This document shows, one piece after another, positions 37,146 to 45,273 of a stretch of DNA of 64,000 nucleotides (position 1 is its first letter; every line of letters starts with the position of its first letter). Position numbers and translations under genes: made by a program. The notes beneath the pieces were generated by a model. The model worked only from the letters and a program-made list of their open reading frames with translations. It searched no databases and was not told where the DNA came from. Source of the stretch: Candidatus Mediterraneibacter norfolkensis (lineage in GTDB: Bacteria; Bacillota; Clostridia; Lachnospirales; Lachnospiraceae); NCBI GenBank assembly GCA_019120615.1, contig DWUT01000013.1:2519-66518 (forward strand), written 5' to 3'.

Positions 37146-38045
37146 ATGAAAAAGAGATTATTGGCAGTACTTCTTGCCGCGTGTACAGTAATGTCTTTTG
37201 CCGCATGCGGAAGCAGCAGTGATGACACTTCGTCAGACAGTTCTTCTGAGACAACAGACTCTTCTTCCGGGGACTCTGGAGAGGGAACGGTTCAGACTGT
37301 TACTGACGGTAAACTTACTGTGGCTACCAGTCCTGACTTTGCGCCATATGAGTTCTACGCGATTGACGAAGACGGCAATCCCACACTTGCAGGTTTTGAC
37401 ATGGCTCTTGCTCAGTATATCGCGGACTATATGGGACTTGAGCTGGAGGTCGTGACCGTTGACTTCGACGGTGTGCTCAGCGAACTTCAGACAAAGTCTG
37501 TCGACCTTGGTATGGCAGGGCTTTCTCCTGACCCGAACAGAGAATCCATCATGGAATTCTCCGATATCTATTATGGAGGCGGACAGTCTCTTGTGACGAC
37601 AAAGGATAACGCAGATACTTACAATTCTTTCGAATCCATCAACAGTCCTGATGTGACGGTGGGTGCTCAGACCGGTTCCATCCAGCTTGACCTTGCTAAC
37701 GAGAACTCTCCGGACGCGGATATCATCTCCCTTCCGAAGGTAACCGACATCATCTCCGAGCTTCTTGCCGGAACAATGGATGCAGCTTATATTGAGACAG
37801 CGGTAGCTGAGAGCTATCAGAAGAATTATCCGGATCTTGAGATCGTTATGGACGTTCCTTATGATGTAGAGGGGTCTGCGATCGGTGTGGTAAAAGACAA
37901 CCCGGAACTGCTCGCGGCAGTCAATGAGGCGATCGCTGCGGCGCTCGAGGACGGAAGCATGGATCAGTTTGTTGCGGAAGCATCCGAACAGGCAGCAGGG
38001 CAGACGTACGAAGGACTGCTTGACGGCAGTGGAGACGCTCAGTAA
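37146..38045 (+). CDS. Amino-acid ABC transporter substrate-binding lipoprotein (PBP family 3)
   Basis: Signal peptide with lipobox (LLAACTVMSFAACGSS), an S/D/T-rich tether, then a type-3 SBP fold (LTVATSPDFAPYEF..VDLGMAGLSP). Confidence 0.85.
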   Translation: MKKRLLAVLLAACTVMSFAACGSSSDDTSSDSSSETTDSSSGDSGEGTVQTVTDGKLTVATSPDFAPYEFYAIDEDGNPTLAGFDMALAQYIADYMGLELEVVTVDFDGVLSELQTKSVDLGMAGLSPDPNRESIMEFSDIYYGGGQSLVTTKDNADTYNSFESINSPDVTVGAQTGSIQLDLANENSPDADIISLPKVTDIISELLAGTMDAAYIETAVAESYQKNYPDLEIVMDVPYDVEGSAIGVVKDNPELLAAVNEAIAAALEDGSMDQFVAEASEQAAGQTYEGLLDGSGDAQ

Positions 38046-38064
38046 GAATCTGATAAATGAACGA

Positions 38065-38092
38065 CAGGGCTCCCTTCCGGGAGCCTGTTTTT
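38065..38092 (+). terminator. Intra-operon rho-independent terminator/attenuator after the SBP gene
   Basis: cagggctccc-ttcc-gggagcctg is a 9-bp stem with one bulged g, followed by ttttt. It is followed directly by the permease RBS (AAGGAG). Confidence 0.6.
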
Positions 38093-38111
38093 CTGAGTGA
38101 AAGGAGTAATT

Positions 38112-38897
38112 ATGGATCATTTTATTCAGCTGGAAAATTTTCCAAAAATCGCGCCCTATGCAGAATTATTCTGGCAGGGAACTGTGGTGACGATCCTTCT
38201 TGCATTGTTTACAGTCGTCATCGGTTTTTGTCTTGCACTGATACTTGCCCTCATGAGAATGTCCAATATCAGGCCCCTTCGTTTTCTTGGCATCGATTCT
38301 GACGGACATATGCGTGAAAGCGGATTTCTGGCGGTTGTAAGCCGTTTTAATCCGCTGGATTTCATTGCCACAGCGTATGTTGAGATCCTTCGTTCCACCC
38401 CGGTGCTGGTTCAGGTCTTCATTATTTACTACGGAGTCTTCAGTATGCTGGAACTTCCCAGTTTTCAGCTTTTCGGTTTTATCCGGTTTGAGCGTTTTCT
38501 CCCCGGTGTGGTAGCGCTGGGAATGAACTCCGGGGCATATCTCTGTGAGATCATACGCTCCGGTATCCAGTCCATCGATTCCGGACAGACCGAAGCTGCC
38601 CGCTCGCTGGGTCTTTCTCAGGGACAGAATTTAAGGTATATTATCCTGCCCCAGGCGATCAAGAATATCCTTCCGGCGATCGCCAATGAGTTCGTCGTCA
38701 TCATCAAAGAATCTGCCATCACCTATACCATAGGTGTGCAGGATATCATGTCCGCAGTCAATGCGGTGCGCGGAGCTACATTTATCATCATTGAACCCTT
38801 GCTGGTGGCAACAGCGATCTATTTCTGTCTCTGTTTCCCCACCTCCAAAGTCATCGCATATGTAGAAAGGAGGATGAGCCGTGGAGACAAGAGATAG
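38112..38897 (+). CDS. Amino-acid ABC transporter permease (HisM/HisQ family)
   Basis: ATG 38112 with an AAGGAG RBS. Polytopic, with the EAA-type loop [23 protein letters not shown]. Confidence 0.85.
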   Translation: MDHFIQLENFPKIAPYAELFWQGTVVTILLALFTVVIGFCLALILALMRMSNIRPLRFLGIDSDGHMRESGFLAVVSRFNPLDFIATAYVEILRSTPVLVQVFIIYYGVFSMLELPSFQLFGFIRFERFLPGVVALGMNSGAYLCEIIRSGIQSIDSGQTEAARSLGLSQGQNLRYIILPQAIKNILPAIANEFVVIIKESAITYTIGVQDIMSAVNAVRGATFIIIEPLLVATAIYFCLCFPTSKVIAYVERRMSRGDKR

Positions 38898-38898
38898 C

Positions 38899-39657
38899 AT
38901 GATCCGGGTAACCGGTCTGAAGAAACACTACAAAGGCGGAGCCATCAAAGCGCTGGACGGCGTGACCGTAGATATAAACAAAGGGGATGTGATCGCCGTG
39001 ATCGGTCCTTCCGGTTCCGGTAAATCCACATTTCTGAGAAGCCTGAACCTGCTGGAGGAACCCACAGGCGGCTCCATCATCTTCAAAGGGGTCGATATTA
39101 CCAGGAAGAAATATAAAAACGCCGAAGGAAAGACGGTCAGGCTCAATATCGATGAGCTTCGTCAGAAAATGGGAATGGTATTCCAGCACTTTAATCTCTT
39201 CCCCCATATGACGATCCTTGACAATATGACCCTTGCCCCGATGAAGGTAAAAGGGATCTCTAAAGCAGATGCTGAAAAGAAAGCTCTGGAACTTCTTGAC
39301 CGGGTCGGACTGAAGGACCGTGCAGACGCATATCCGATCCAGCTCTCCGGAGGTCAGAAGCAGCGTGTCGCTATCGTCCGTGCCCTTGCCATGGAGCCCG
39401 AAGTCATGCTCTTTGACGAGCCCACGTCCGCCCTTGACCCGGAGATGGTAGGTGAGGTTCTCGATGTTATGAAGGAGCTGGCAGAGGAAGGGATGACTAT
39501 GGTCGTTGTCACACATGAAATGGGATTCGCCAGAGAGGTCGGCAACCGCCTTCTCTTTATGGCTGATGGAAGGCTTCTGGAGCAGGGAGATCCAAAAGAT
39601 CTCTTTGATCACCCCCAGAATCCACGTCTTCAGGATTTTCTTTCAAAAGTTCTGTGA
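38899..39657 (+). CDS. Amino-acid ABC transporter ATP-binding protein
   Basis: ATG 38899, 1 nt after the permease stop. Walker [10 protein letters not shown], signature [15 protein letters not shown] and Walker [12 protein letters not shown]. Confidence 0.95.
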   Translation: MIRVTGLKKHYKGGAIKALDGVTVDINKGDVIAVIGPSGSGKSTFLRSLNLLEEPTGGSIIFKGVDITRKKYKNAEGKTVRLNIDELRQKMGMVFQHFNLFPHMTILDNMTLAPMKVKGISKADAEKKALELLDRVGLKDRADAYPIQLSGGQKQRVAIVRALAMEPEVMLFDEPTSALDPEMVGEVLDVMKELAEEGMTMVVVTHEMGFAREVGNRLLFMADGRLLEQGDPKDLFDHPQNPRLQDFLSKVL

Positions 39658-39723
39658 AAATCCCTGATCTGTACTGCTTTAAAGATATTGATTTAGAGAT
39701 ATTGATACGAGGAGAATCAGGAA

Positions 39724-41166
39724 ATGACACATCAAAAACAGACTGCACTAAATGCGATTGAGAAGAAACAGGAACTGATCTGCCAGACTGCCGATCATAT
39801 CTGGAGCCATCCGGAACTCTCTCTTCAGGAAGATCAGTCGGCCGAATACTACTGCACCCTTCTCGAAAAAGAAGGATTTCAGGTTGAGCGCGGGATCTGC
39901 GGGATCCGCACCGCGTTCTCTGCAAGTTTCGGAAAAGGGAGCCCGAAAATCGGCATCCTTGCGGAATACGACGCTCTCTCCGGTCTTTCCCAGGAAGCGG
40001 GAAGCCTGGAGCAAAAAGAGCTTGTTCCCGGAGGCTGCGGACACGGCTGCGGACATAACCTGCTGGGAGCTGGAGCTTTCGGCGCCGCTCTCGGCGTAAA
40101 GGCCTATCTGGAAGAGAGCGGACATGAAGGCACTGTGATCCTCTTCGGCTGCCCTGGTGAGGAAGGCGGAGCGGCAAAAGCGTTCATGGCAAGGGACGGC
40201 CTGTGGAAGTCACTGGACGCGGCGCTCACCTGGCATCCTGAGGATGTAAATGAAGTCCGGACCGGTTCCTCCAACTCCTGTATCCAGATCCAGTACAAGT
40301 TTACGGGAACTGCCTCCCACGCGGCAGGCGCCCCCGAGATGGGACGCAGTGCCCTTGACGCGGTGGAGCTGATGAATATCGGCGTCCAGTTCCTGCGCGA
40401 GCATATGAGTGACCGGGCACGGGTACATTATGCCATCACGGATGCCGGGGGCGTAAGCCCTAACGTGGTACAGCCAAAAGCCAGCGTGCTCTATATGATT
40501 CGTTCCAACCATGTATCAGAGGCTGTGGAGCTGCAGGCCAGAGTCGACCGGATCGCGGATGGAGCCGCACTGATGACCGACACTGCTGTAGAGCGCAGGT
40601 TTATCGACGGGCTTGCGGATACAGTCAGCAATCACACACTGGAAAGCGTTCTGTACCGCAATTTCGAGGAGATCGGTGTTCCACAGCACACTCCGGAGGA
40701 ACTGGATTTTGCCGATAAACTGGCGCAGACTTATGAAGGAAATGATCATGTACCCGGATTTGGAGCTGAGAACGACGCTGATCTGCGCGAGGAAGTGATC
40801 CGGCTTCAGAAGGAGAACGGACATGCGATGAACGATTTCCTCTGCCCTCTCTATCAGGGTGAGGCATTCAGTGCAGGCTCCACGGATGTAGGCGATGTGA
40901 GCTGGCTCACTCCCACGGCCCAGATCCATGTGGCCGCATGGCCTAACGGATGTCCGGGACACAGCTGGCAGAATGTCTCCTGCGACGGCACTTCCATCGG
41001 AAGGAAAGCGGCTGTCTGCGCAGCGAAAGTAATTGCTGCCTCCGCAGTGGATCTTTTCGAAGATCCTGAACTTCTGAAACTGGCCCGCGCGGAATTTGAG
41101 AAGAATACAAGATCCGGGTATGTGTGCCCGATCCCTGAGAATGCAGTTCCGACAATTCCCGATTAA
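39724..41166 (+). CDS. M20-family amidohydrolase (AbgB-like aminoacylase/peptidase)
   Basis: 480 aa with IWSHPELSLQE, ILAEYDAL, GCGHGCGHNLLGAG and LFGCPGEEGGAAKAFM, typical of the M20D/AbgB family. Confidence 0.8.
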   Translation: MTHQKQTALNAIEKKQELICQTADHIWSHPELSLQEDQSAEYYCTLLEKEGFQVERGICGIRTAFSASFGKGSPKIGILAEYDALSGLSQEAGSLEQKELVPGGCGHGCGHNLLGAGAFGAALGVKAYLEESGHEGTVILFGCPGEEGGAAKAFMARDGLWKSLDAALTWHPEDVNEVRTGSSNSCIQIQYKFTGTASHAAGAPEMGRSALDAVELMNIGVQFLREHMSDRARVHYAITDAGGVSPNVVQPKASVLYMIRSNHVSEAVELQARVDRIADGAALMTDTAVERRFIDGLADTVSNHTLESVLYRNFEEIGVPQHTPEELDFADKLAQTYEGNDHVPGFGAENDADLREEVIRLQKENGHAMNDFLCPLYQGEAFSAGSTDVGDVSWLTPTAQIHVAAWPNGCPGHSWQNVSCDGTSIGRKAAVCAAKVIAASAVDLFEDPELLKLARAEFEKNTRSGYVCPIPENAVPTIPD

Positions 41167-41187
41167 ATCTGATAATCAATGAGGATT

Positions 41188-41259
41188 CAGAATGTTCTAA
41201 AAAAGGTGCTCATCCGGACCGAATTTGTTCCGGATGAGCACCTTTTTTAGAACATTCTG
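41188..41259. terminator. Bidirectional rho-independent terminator built on a perfect 31-bp inverted repeat
   Basis: Arms at 41188-41218 and 41229-41259 are perfectly complementary with a 10-nt loop. The core is aaaaaaggtgctcatccgga..tccggatgagcacctttttt. Lies between convergent genes. Confidence 0.85.
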
Positions 41260-41271
41260 CAGGATTTTTCG

Positions 41272-41697
41272 TCAGACGGCGTCTTTTTTCTTCCGGCACA
41301 TGGGATACCACAGGATCCCGATCACAAAGCTGCATAAGGCAGATATCCCGGCAGAGAGAAGACCTGCCATGTCCAGAAACCCATAAGACATTTTAAGCAC
41401 TCCCGGTAATGCCATCGCACCAAAGCAGATCAGCGCGATCACGGGATGACAGATCAGCCAGAGTCCGTTCACACATCCAATCACATATTTCATAGCCCGT
41501 ATATTCAGGCAGTACAAAGCCAACGGGATCAGATAACTTCCGCCTCCCATATAAAGGTTATAAAACATTCCGCTGCTCCCGAACCGCGTTCCGTTCCCGA
41601 TCTTTGCCAGCGGTGTCAGGCTGACCAGGATCAGCTCTATGCAGAACAGCCCCGCCGCCAGACAGGTCCACAGGATTACTCTTCTCTTCTCACTCAT
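41272..41697 (-). CDS. Hypothetical small polytopic membrane protein (about 4 TM segments)
   Basis: ATG 41697 (GAGGAG RBS). 141 aa, hydrophobic and Cys-rich. No family recognised. Divergent from the LytTR two-component operon. Confidence 0.6.
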   Translation of the reverse strand: MSEKRRVILWTCLAAGLFCIELILVSLTPLAKIGNGTRFGSSGMFYNLYMGGGSYLIPLALYCLNIRAMKYVIGCVNGLWLICHPVIALICFGAMALPGVLKMSYGFLDMAGLLSAGISALCSFVIGILWYPMCRKKKDAV

Positions 41698-41796
41698 TTT
41701 TTCAGCTCCTCTCAAAAGTTACCAGGCGCCGCAGGGCGCCGGTTATTCTCTCTGTTCATCCTCATCATATCAGGAAAAACAGCGTGGAAATCGAAA

Positions 41797-41831
41797 CTGT
41801 CATTTTCGGTACCGGAGTCTGTCATTTTTGG
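41797..41831 (+). promoter_or_regulatory. Direct repeats resembling a LytTR-family response-regulator binding site
   Basis: CTGTCATTTTCGG (41797-41809) and CTGTCATTTTTGG (41819-41831) match at 12/13 with 22 bp start-to-start spacing. They lie between the divergent promoters of the membrane protein gene and the LytTR operon. Confidence 0.5.
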
Positions 41832-41844
41832 CATCCTGATCTTC

Positions 41845-41873
41845 TTGTCATGTCCGGGGAAAAGAACTATACT
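41845..41873 (+). promoter_or_regulatory. Sigma-A-type promoter of the LytTR two-component operon
   Basis: TTGTCA (41845-41850), a 17-nt spacer, then TATACT (41868-41873). It starts 14 nt downstream of the second direct repeat. Confidence 0.55.
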
Positions 41874-41914
41874 GTAATCATGAAAAACAAGCTGAATAAA
41901 AAGGAGAGAACCCC

Positions 41915-42625
41915 ATGATCACCATTGCGATCTGCGAGGACAGCGTTCCCGTACAGTCCCAGATTGATAACTACATATCCGAGCTACTTCAAGACTGCCC
42001 GGTGGAAGTGTTTTCTTCCGGGGAGGAACTGCTCTCCTTTCTCTCCAATGGGAAGCAGAGATTCTCCCTCTATCTCATGGACATCTCTCTGCCCGGCATC
42101 TCCGGGATTGAGACATCCGCTGAGATCCGGGAAAAAGATCCCTACGCTCTCATTATCTATATTACCGACTACAAGGAATATGTGTATCAGATCTTTGAGA
42201 CACTTCCCTACCGTTTCATAACCAAACCTGTTGAGAAAGCGGTATTTCAAAAAGCGCTGACAGATGCGGTAAACTATATGACTGACCGGGGCGGACTGTT
42301 CCACTTTCATATAGACCGGGACCAGTACCAGATCCCGTTTCAGGAGATCGTGTATTTTGAATCCCGCCTGCGCAGGCTCATGCTGCACACAGCGGATGAG
42401 ATCTACTCTTTCTATGGAAAGCTTAACGAGATCGCACGGGATCTGAATCCCCTGCTCTTTGTCCGGGCTCATGTCTCCTATCTGATCAACATGGAATACA
42501 TCCGGAGCATCCGCGATACAGAGATTCTTCTTCAGTCGGGAGAGTTCATCCCAATGAGCCGGAAATACCGTCCCCAGGTGCGTCAGAAGCATCTGGAATA
42601 TATGAAATGGAGGTCACTGCAATGA
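41915..42625 (+). CDS. LytTR/AgrA-family response regulator
   Basis: Receiver domain (ITIAICEDS..LYLMDISLPGISG) plus a LytTR DNA-binding domain (..LFVRAHVSYLINMEYI..). Confidence 0.9.
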   Translation: MITIAICEDSVPVQSQIDNYISELLQDCPVEVFSSGEELLSFLSNGKQRFSLYLMDISLPGISGIETSAEIREKDPYALIIYITDYKEYVYQIFETLPYRFITKPVEKAVFQKALTDAVNYMTDRGGLFHFHIDRDQYQIPFQEIVYFESRLRRLMLHTADEIYSFYGKLNEIARDLNPLLFVRAHVSYLINMEYIRSIRDTEILLQSGEFIPMSRKYRPQVRQKHLEYMKWRSLQ

Positions 42626-43938
42626 TGTACTATCACGACTATGACATCGTACTTAACATTTTTCTCTGTGTGGTAGATATGGTCCTGCTCTGGGAACTGA
42701 GAGAACAGCTCTATGGCCGTATCCGAAGAGGAAGGAAACTCTGCGCTCTTTCCGCCGCGATCCTGATCGGGATCCTTATGCTTCTTCCCTCAAAATTCGA
42801 GAATTCCATGTATGTAGTCCCGGCAAGCTGGCTGCTTCTGCCCTTTTACCCGAAAGATCTGAAAAAGAAGCTTTTTTTCGAGACCTGGCTGTTTTCGATC
42901 CTGTTTTCCTGCCTGATGATACTCAATGACTTTACAAATATGCTTCCCAAATTCAGCCACTGGGTCATGACCTATCTCCTGATCGTCCATGTGGTGATCT
43001 GGCTGGTTCTTTTCTTCTGCCTCAGATGGTGCAGAAGTATCGCTACAGATCTTCCGCTGTCACTGTGGATTCTTTTCCTTTTTATCCCGATCCTCAGCTT
43101 CGCAAGTTCTGTGACACTGATTGTTCTGTTTAACGGAAATTCCGTCCCCAGACCAGTGAAAGATCTCTGCCATCTGGTCATCCAGACAACTTTTCTGTTC
43201 ATTGATCTTGCACTGCTCGTGTTTATGAGACGATTCACAGGATTTTTTCAGAGAGAGAAAGAGCGGCAGCTCCTGAAACAGCAGCTCCGCCTTCAGGAAG
43301 CACATTATAAAGAACTGATCGGATCCGCAGAGCATGTCCGCAGGATACGCCACGATATGAAGAACCATCTGAATACCATCTCGCTGTTGTACAGCGAAGG
43401 ACGACAGGAAGAACTCGCAGATTATCTTCACACTGTCTCAGACAGGATCGGGCAGACCGAACAGGTCGTATCTACCGGAAATCCGGCTTTCGACGCAGTC
43501 CTGAACATCAAGCTGGGTGAAATGAAAGAGAAAGGCATCAGCTGCTCTCCTTCCCTCTCTGTTCCACAGAATATGGGACTTCCCTTTTCAGACACTGTGA
43601 CGATCCTTGGAAATCTGCTGGACAATGCGATCCATGCTGCGGTGGACCAAAAGGAACAGACGAATCCTGCCAAAGGGGAAGCGCTGGTTATTTCCCTGTC
43701 CGTCACCTGGCAGCACGGGAGTCTTCTCCTCCATCTTATCAATCCCTGCATGGAAACAGCGGTGCCGGAGTACGGCATCGGAATGAAAAATGTGGAAGAG
43801 ACTGTAAAGAACTATTCCGGGACCATGCAGACTGATGTACAGAACGGGGAGTATATCACTGATATCATTCTTTATCTTCCTGCCCCAGGGATTTCAGATT
43901 ATGTCTTCCGTAAAGCACCAGAGAAATCACCATCATGA
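42622..43938 (+). CDS. AgrC-like (HPK10) membrane sensor histidine kinase, GHKL ATPase
   Basis: ATG 42622 (GGAGG RBS, ATGA overlap with the regulator stop). About 6 TM segments, H-box RRIRHDMKNHLNTI and N-box ILGNLLDNAIHA. Confidence 0.85.
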   Translation: MMYYHDYDIVLNIFLCVVDMVLLWELREQLYGRIRRGRKLCALSAAILIGILMLLPSKFENSMYVVPASWLLLPFYPKDLKKKLFFETWLFSILFSCLMILNDFTNMLPKFSHWVMTYLLIVHVVIWLVLFFCLRWCRSIATDLPLSLWILFLFIPILSFASSVTLIVLFNGNSVPRPVKDLCHLVIQTTFLFIDLALLVFMRRFTGFFQREKERQLLKQQLRLQEAHYKELIGSAEHVRRIRHDMKNHLNTISLLYSEGRQEELADYLHTVSDRIGQTEQVVSTGNPAFDAVLNIKLGEMKEKGISCSPSLSVPQNMGLPFSDTVTILGNLLDNAIHAAVDQKEQTNPAKGEALVISLSVTWQHGSLLLHLINPCMETAVPEYGIGMKNVEETVKNYSGTMQTDVQNGEYITDIILYLPAPGISDYVFRKAPEKSPS

Positions 43939-44443
43939 CTACACAGGCACCGATCAGAACTCCGGACACGATATCCGGGATATTAAACCAGAATACATGC
44001 AGGATCATCATGATATAAAGGAGCCAGGTGGATACTTTCCCGTGCCATTCCGCCCCAAATACTTTTCCTGTCTTCTGTATGACTAGAAGTCCTGTCACGC
44101 CCATGAAAAACTCTTTGAGTACCATAAGACCGAGAGGCAGGATCATAAGAGGGAAACGGGTGAGCAGGCAGAACAGCATGGCTGCCTGAGTCATCTTATC
44201 CGCGATCGGATCCAGTATTTTTCCCAGATCACTAACCATATTGAAATGTCTTGCAACGAAGCCATCCACTGTGTCTGTGATGCCGGATATGATCAGGACG
44301 ATCCCTGTCCACAAATATTCCTTTTCTACACAATACATCCACATGAAGATCGGGATCAGACAGTGCCGGAAAAGTGACAGCATATTCGGAATCGTCAGGA
44401 TCTTACTGCGCACACTGTTTGTGTTTTCTGCTTTTGATTTCAT
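43865..44443 (-). CDS. pgsA: CDP-alcohol phosphatidyltransferase (PgsA-like)
   Basis: 192 aa carrying the family motif D-x2-DG-x2-AR..G-x3-D-x3-D (GITDTVDGFVARHFNMVSDLGKILDPIADK). Confidence 0.8.
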   Translation of the reverse strand: MKSKAENTNSVRSKILTIPNMLSLFRHCLIPIFMWMYCVEKEYLWTGIVLIISGITDTVDGFVARHFNMVSDLGKILDPIADKMTQAAMLFCLLTRFPLMILPLGLMVLKEFFMGVTGLLVIQKTGKVFGAEWHGKVSTWLLYIMMILHVFWFNIPDIVSGVLIGACVVMMVISLVLYGRHNLKSLGQEDKE

Positions 44444-44635
44444 TCGTTCATCCTCTTTACCTTTTTACTTTTTCTTTCTGTTGTTTTAAATTATAAGTTA
44501 CTTCTCCCCATATACATTACGGTAAGTATACATTTATACATGTATACAAACATATGTTTCTAAATTCATATCCCTGTGTAGACAGCTATGTATATATGTA
44601 TACATGTATTCCTGTCGCATACATTATACACAATA

Positions 44636-44665
44636 ATGATAGGCTGACTTCTCCCATCCTGTCAA
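44636..44665 (-). promoter_or_regulatory. Candidate sigma-A promoter giving a roughly 190-nt leader for the pgsA-like gene
   Basis: The minus strand reads TTGACA (44665-44660), an 18-nt spacer, then TATCAT (44641-44636). Confidence 0.45.
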
Positions 44666-44682
44666 CATTTTTCTCAAAACAT

Positions 44683-44729
44683 CAGCCCCCTTCTGACTGT
44701 TCAGGCCGCCAGAGCGATAGCGGGGGCTG
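44683..44729 (-). terminator. Branched GC-rich hairpin downstream of the 106-aa gene (probable terminator)
   Basis: The outer 8-bp stem cagccccc (44683-44690) / gggggctg (44722-44729) encloses two short helices (ctga/tcag and ccgc/gcgg). On the minus strand it is followed by GATGTTTTG. Confidence 0.45.
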
Positions 44730-44768
44730 CGTGACAACACCTCTCTTCCGCTTCGGAACCTGCCTCAG

Positions 44769-45089
44769 TCACAGATTTTTCCAAACCTCTTTTATCGTAT
44801 CCGCATCTATATCTTTCTCGATCTGGTTTACGATTGCGGTGCTGTCCACTTCCGCTACGCTTACCTTGCTCTGATCCATGTATACGAAGCATATAAAGCA
44901 CAGAATCCCTATCACAAGCCTTATGTAAAAACTGCCTCCGGAGGATGCCTGTTCTTCCTCTTCATTGTCGTAAAGGCTGTGGTAGATCCTTCCATACCGT
45001 GGGTGCACTGCGGGAATATCCCGTCTTTCATCATAAAGCTTCCTTGTCTGTCTCAGCAGTTCTCTCCGGCGCATTTCCGAATCGGTCAT
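44769..45089 (-). CDS. Hypothetical single-pass membrane protein
   Basis: 106 aa: a charged N-terminal part, an acidic stretch (DNEEEEQ), one TM (FYIRLVIGILCFICFVYM) and a roughly 40-aa tail. No family recognised. Confidence 0.5.
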   Translation of the reverse strand: MTDSEMRRRELLRQTRKLYDERRDIPAVHPRYGRIYHSLYDNEEEEQASSGGSFYIRLVIGILCFICFVYMDQSKVSVAEVDSTAIVNQIEKDIDADTIKEVWKNL

Positions 45090-45131
45090 TTAAACTTCCT
45101 TTTCCGTCCCTATGCCTGCAGGGCTATCCGC

Positions 45132-45179
45132 ACAAAAGGGACATAAGTTCTTTATTACAATAAACTATGTCCCTTTTGT
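45132..45179 (-). other. 14-bp perfect hairpin between the AbrB-like gene and the 106-aa gene
   Basis: acaaaagggacata (45132-45145) pairs with tatgtcccttttgt (45166-45179), with a 20-nt AT-rich loop. It is flanked by cctgcagg (45115-45122) and cctgcag (45191-45197), which can pair with each other. Confidence 0.5.
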
Positions 45180-45273
45180 AATTGATAGAACCTGCAGTTC
45201 TGCTCCTTCCGCTTGACAGATCAAACGCATTACTGTCTTGCTGCCGGAGGAAGGAATCGTACTTCCGTCATAA

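Noticed and set aside
37233-38120. 295-aa minus-strand ORF, together with the 253-aa ORF at 38851-39612 and the 206-aa ORF at 39557-40177
   Set aside because: They are antisense to the well-supported ABC transporter and amidohydrolase genes and have low-complexity R/C/H-rich translations. They are shadow ORFs.
39683-39706. 10-nt direct repeat AGATATTGAT, two copies 14 nt apart, upstream of the amidohydrolase gene
   Set aside because: It is short, AT-rich and single, with no associated promoter hexamers. It cannot be distinguished from chance.
41880-41918. 12-codon mini-ORF (MKNKLNKKERTP) ending in an ATGA overlap with the LytTR regulator start; considered as an AgrD-like or leader peptide
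   Set aside because: There is no RBS upstream, it lies only about 7 nt from the predicted -10, it is too short, and it lacks the Cys-containing AIP core. It is probably fortuitous.
44554-44874. 106-aa plus-strand ORF spanning the TATACA-repeat region
   Set aside because: There is no RBS, the translation is driven by the repeat (YVYMYTC..), and it runs antisense into the 44769-45089 gene. It is not credible as a gene.
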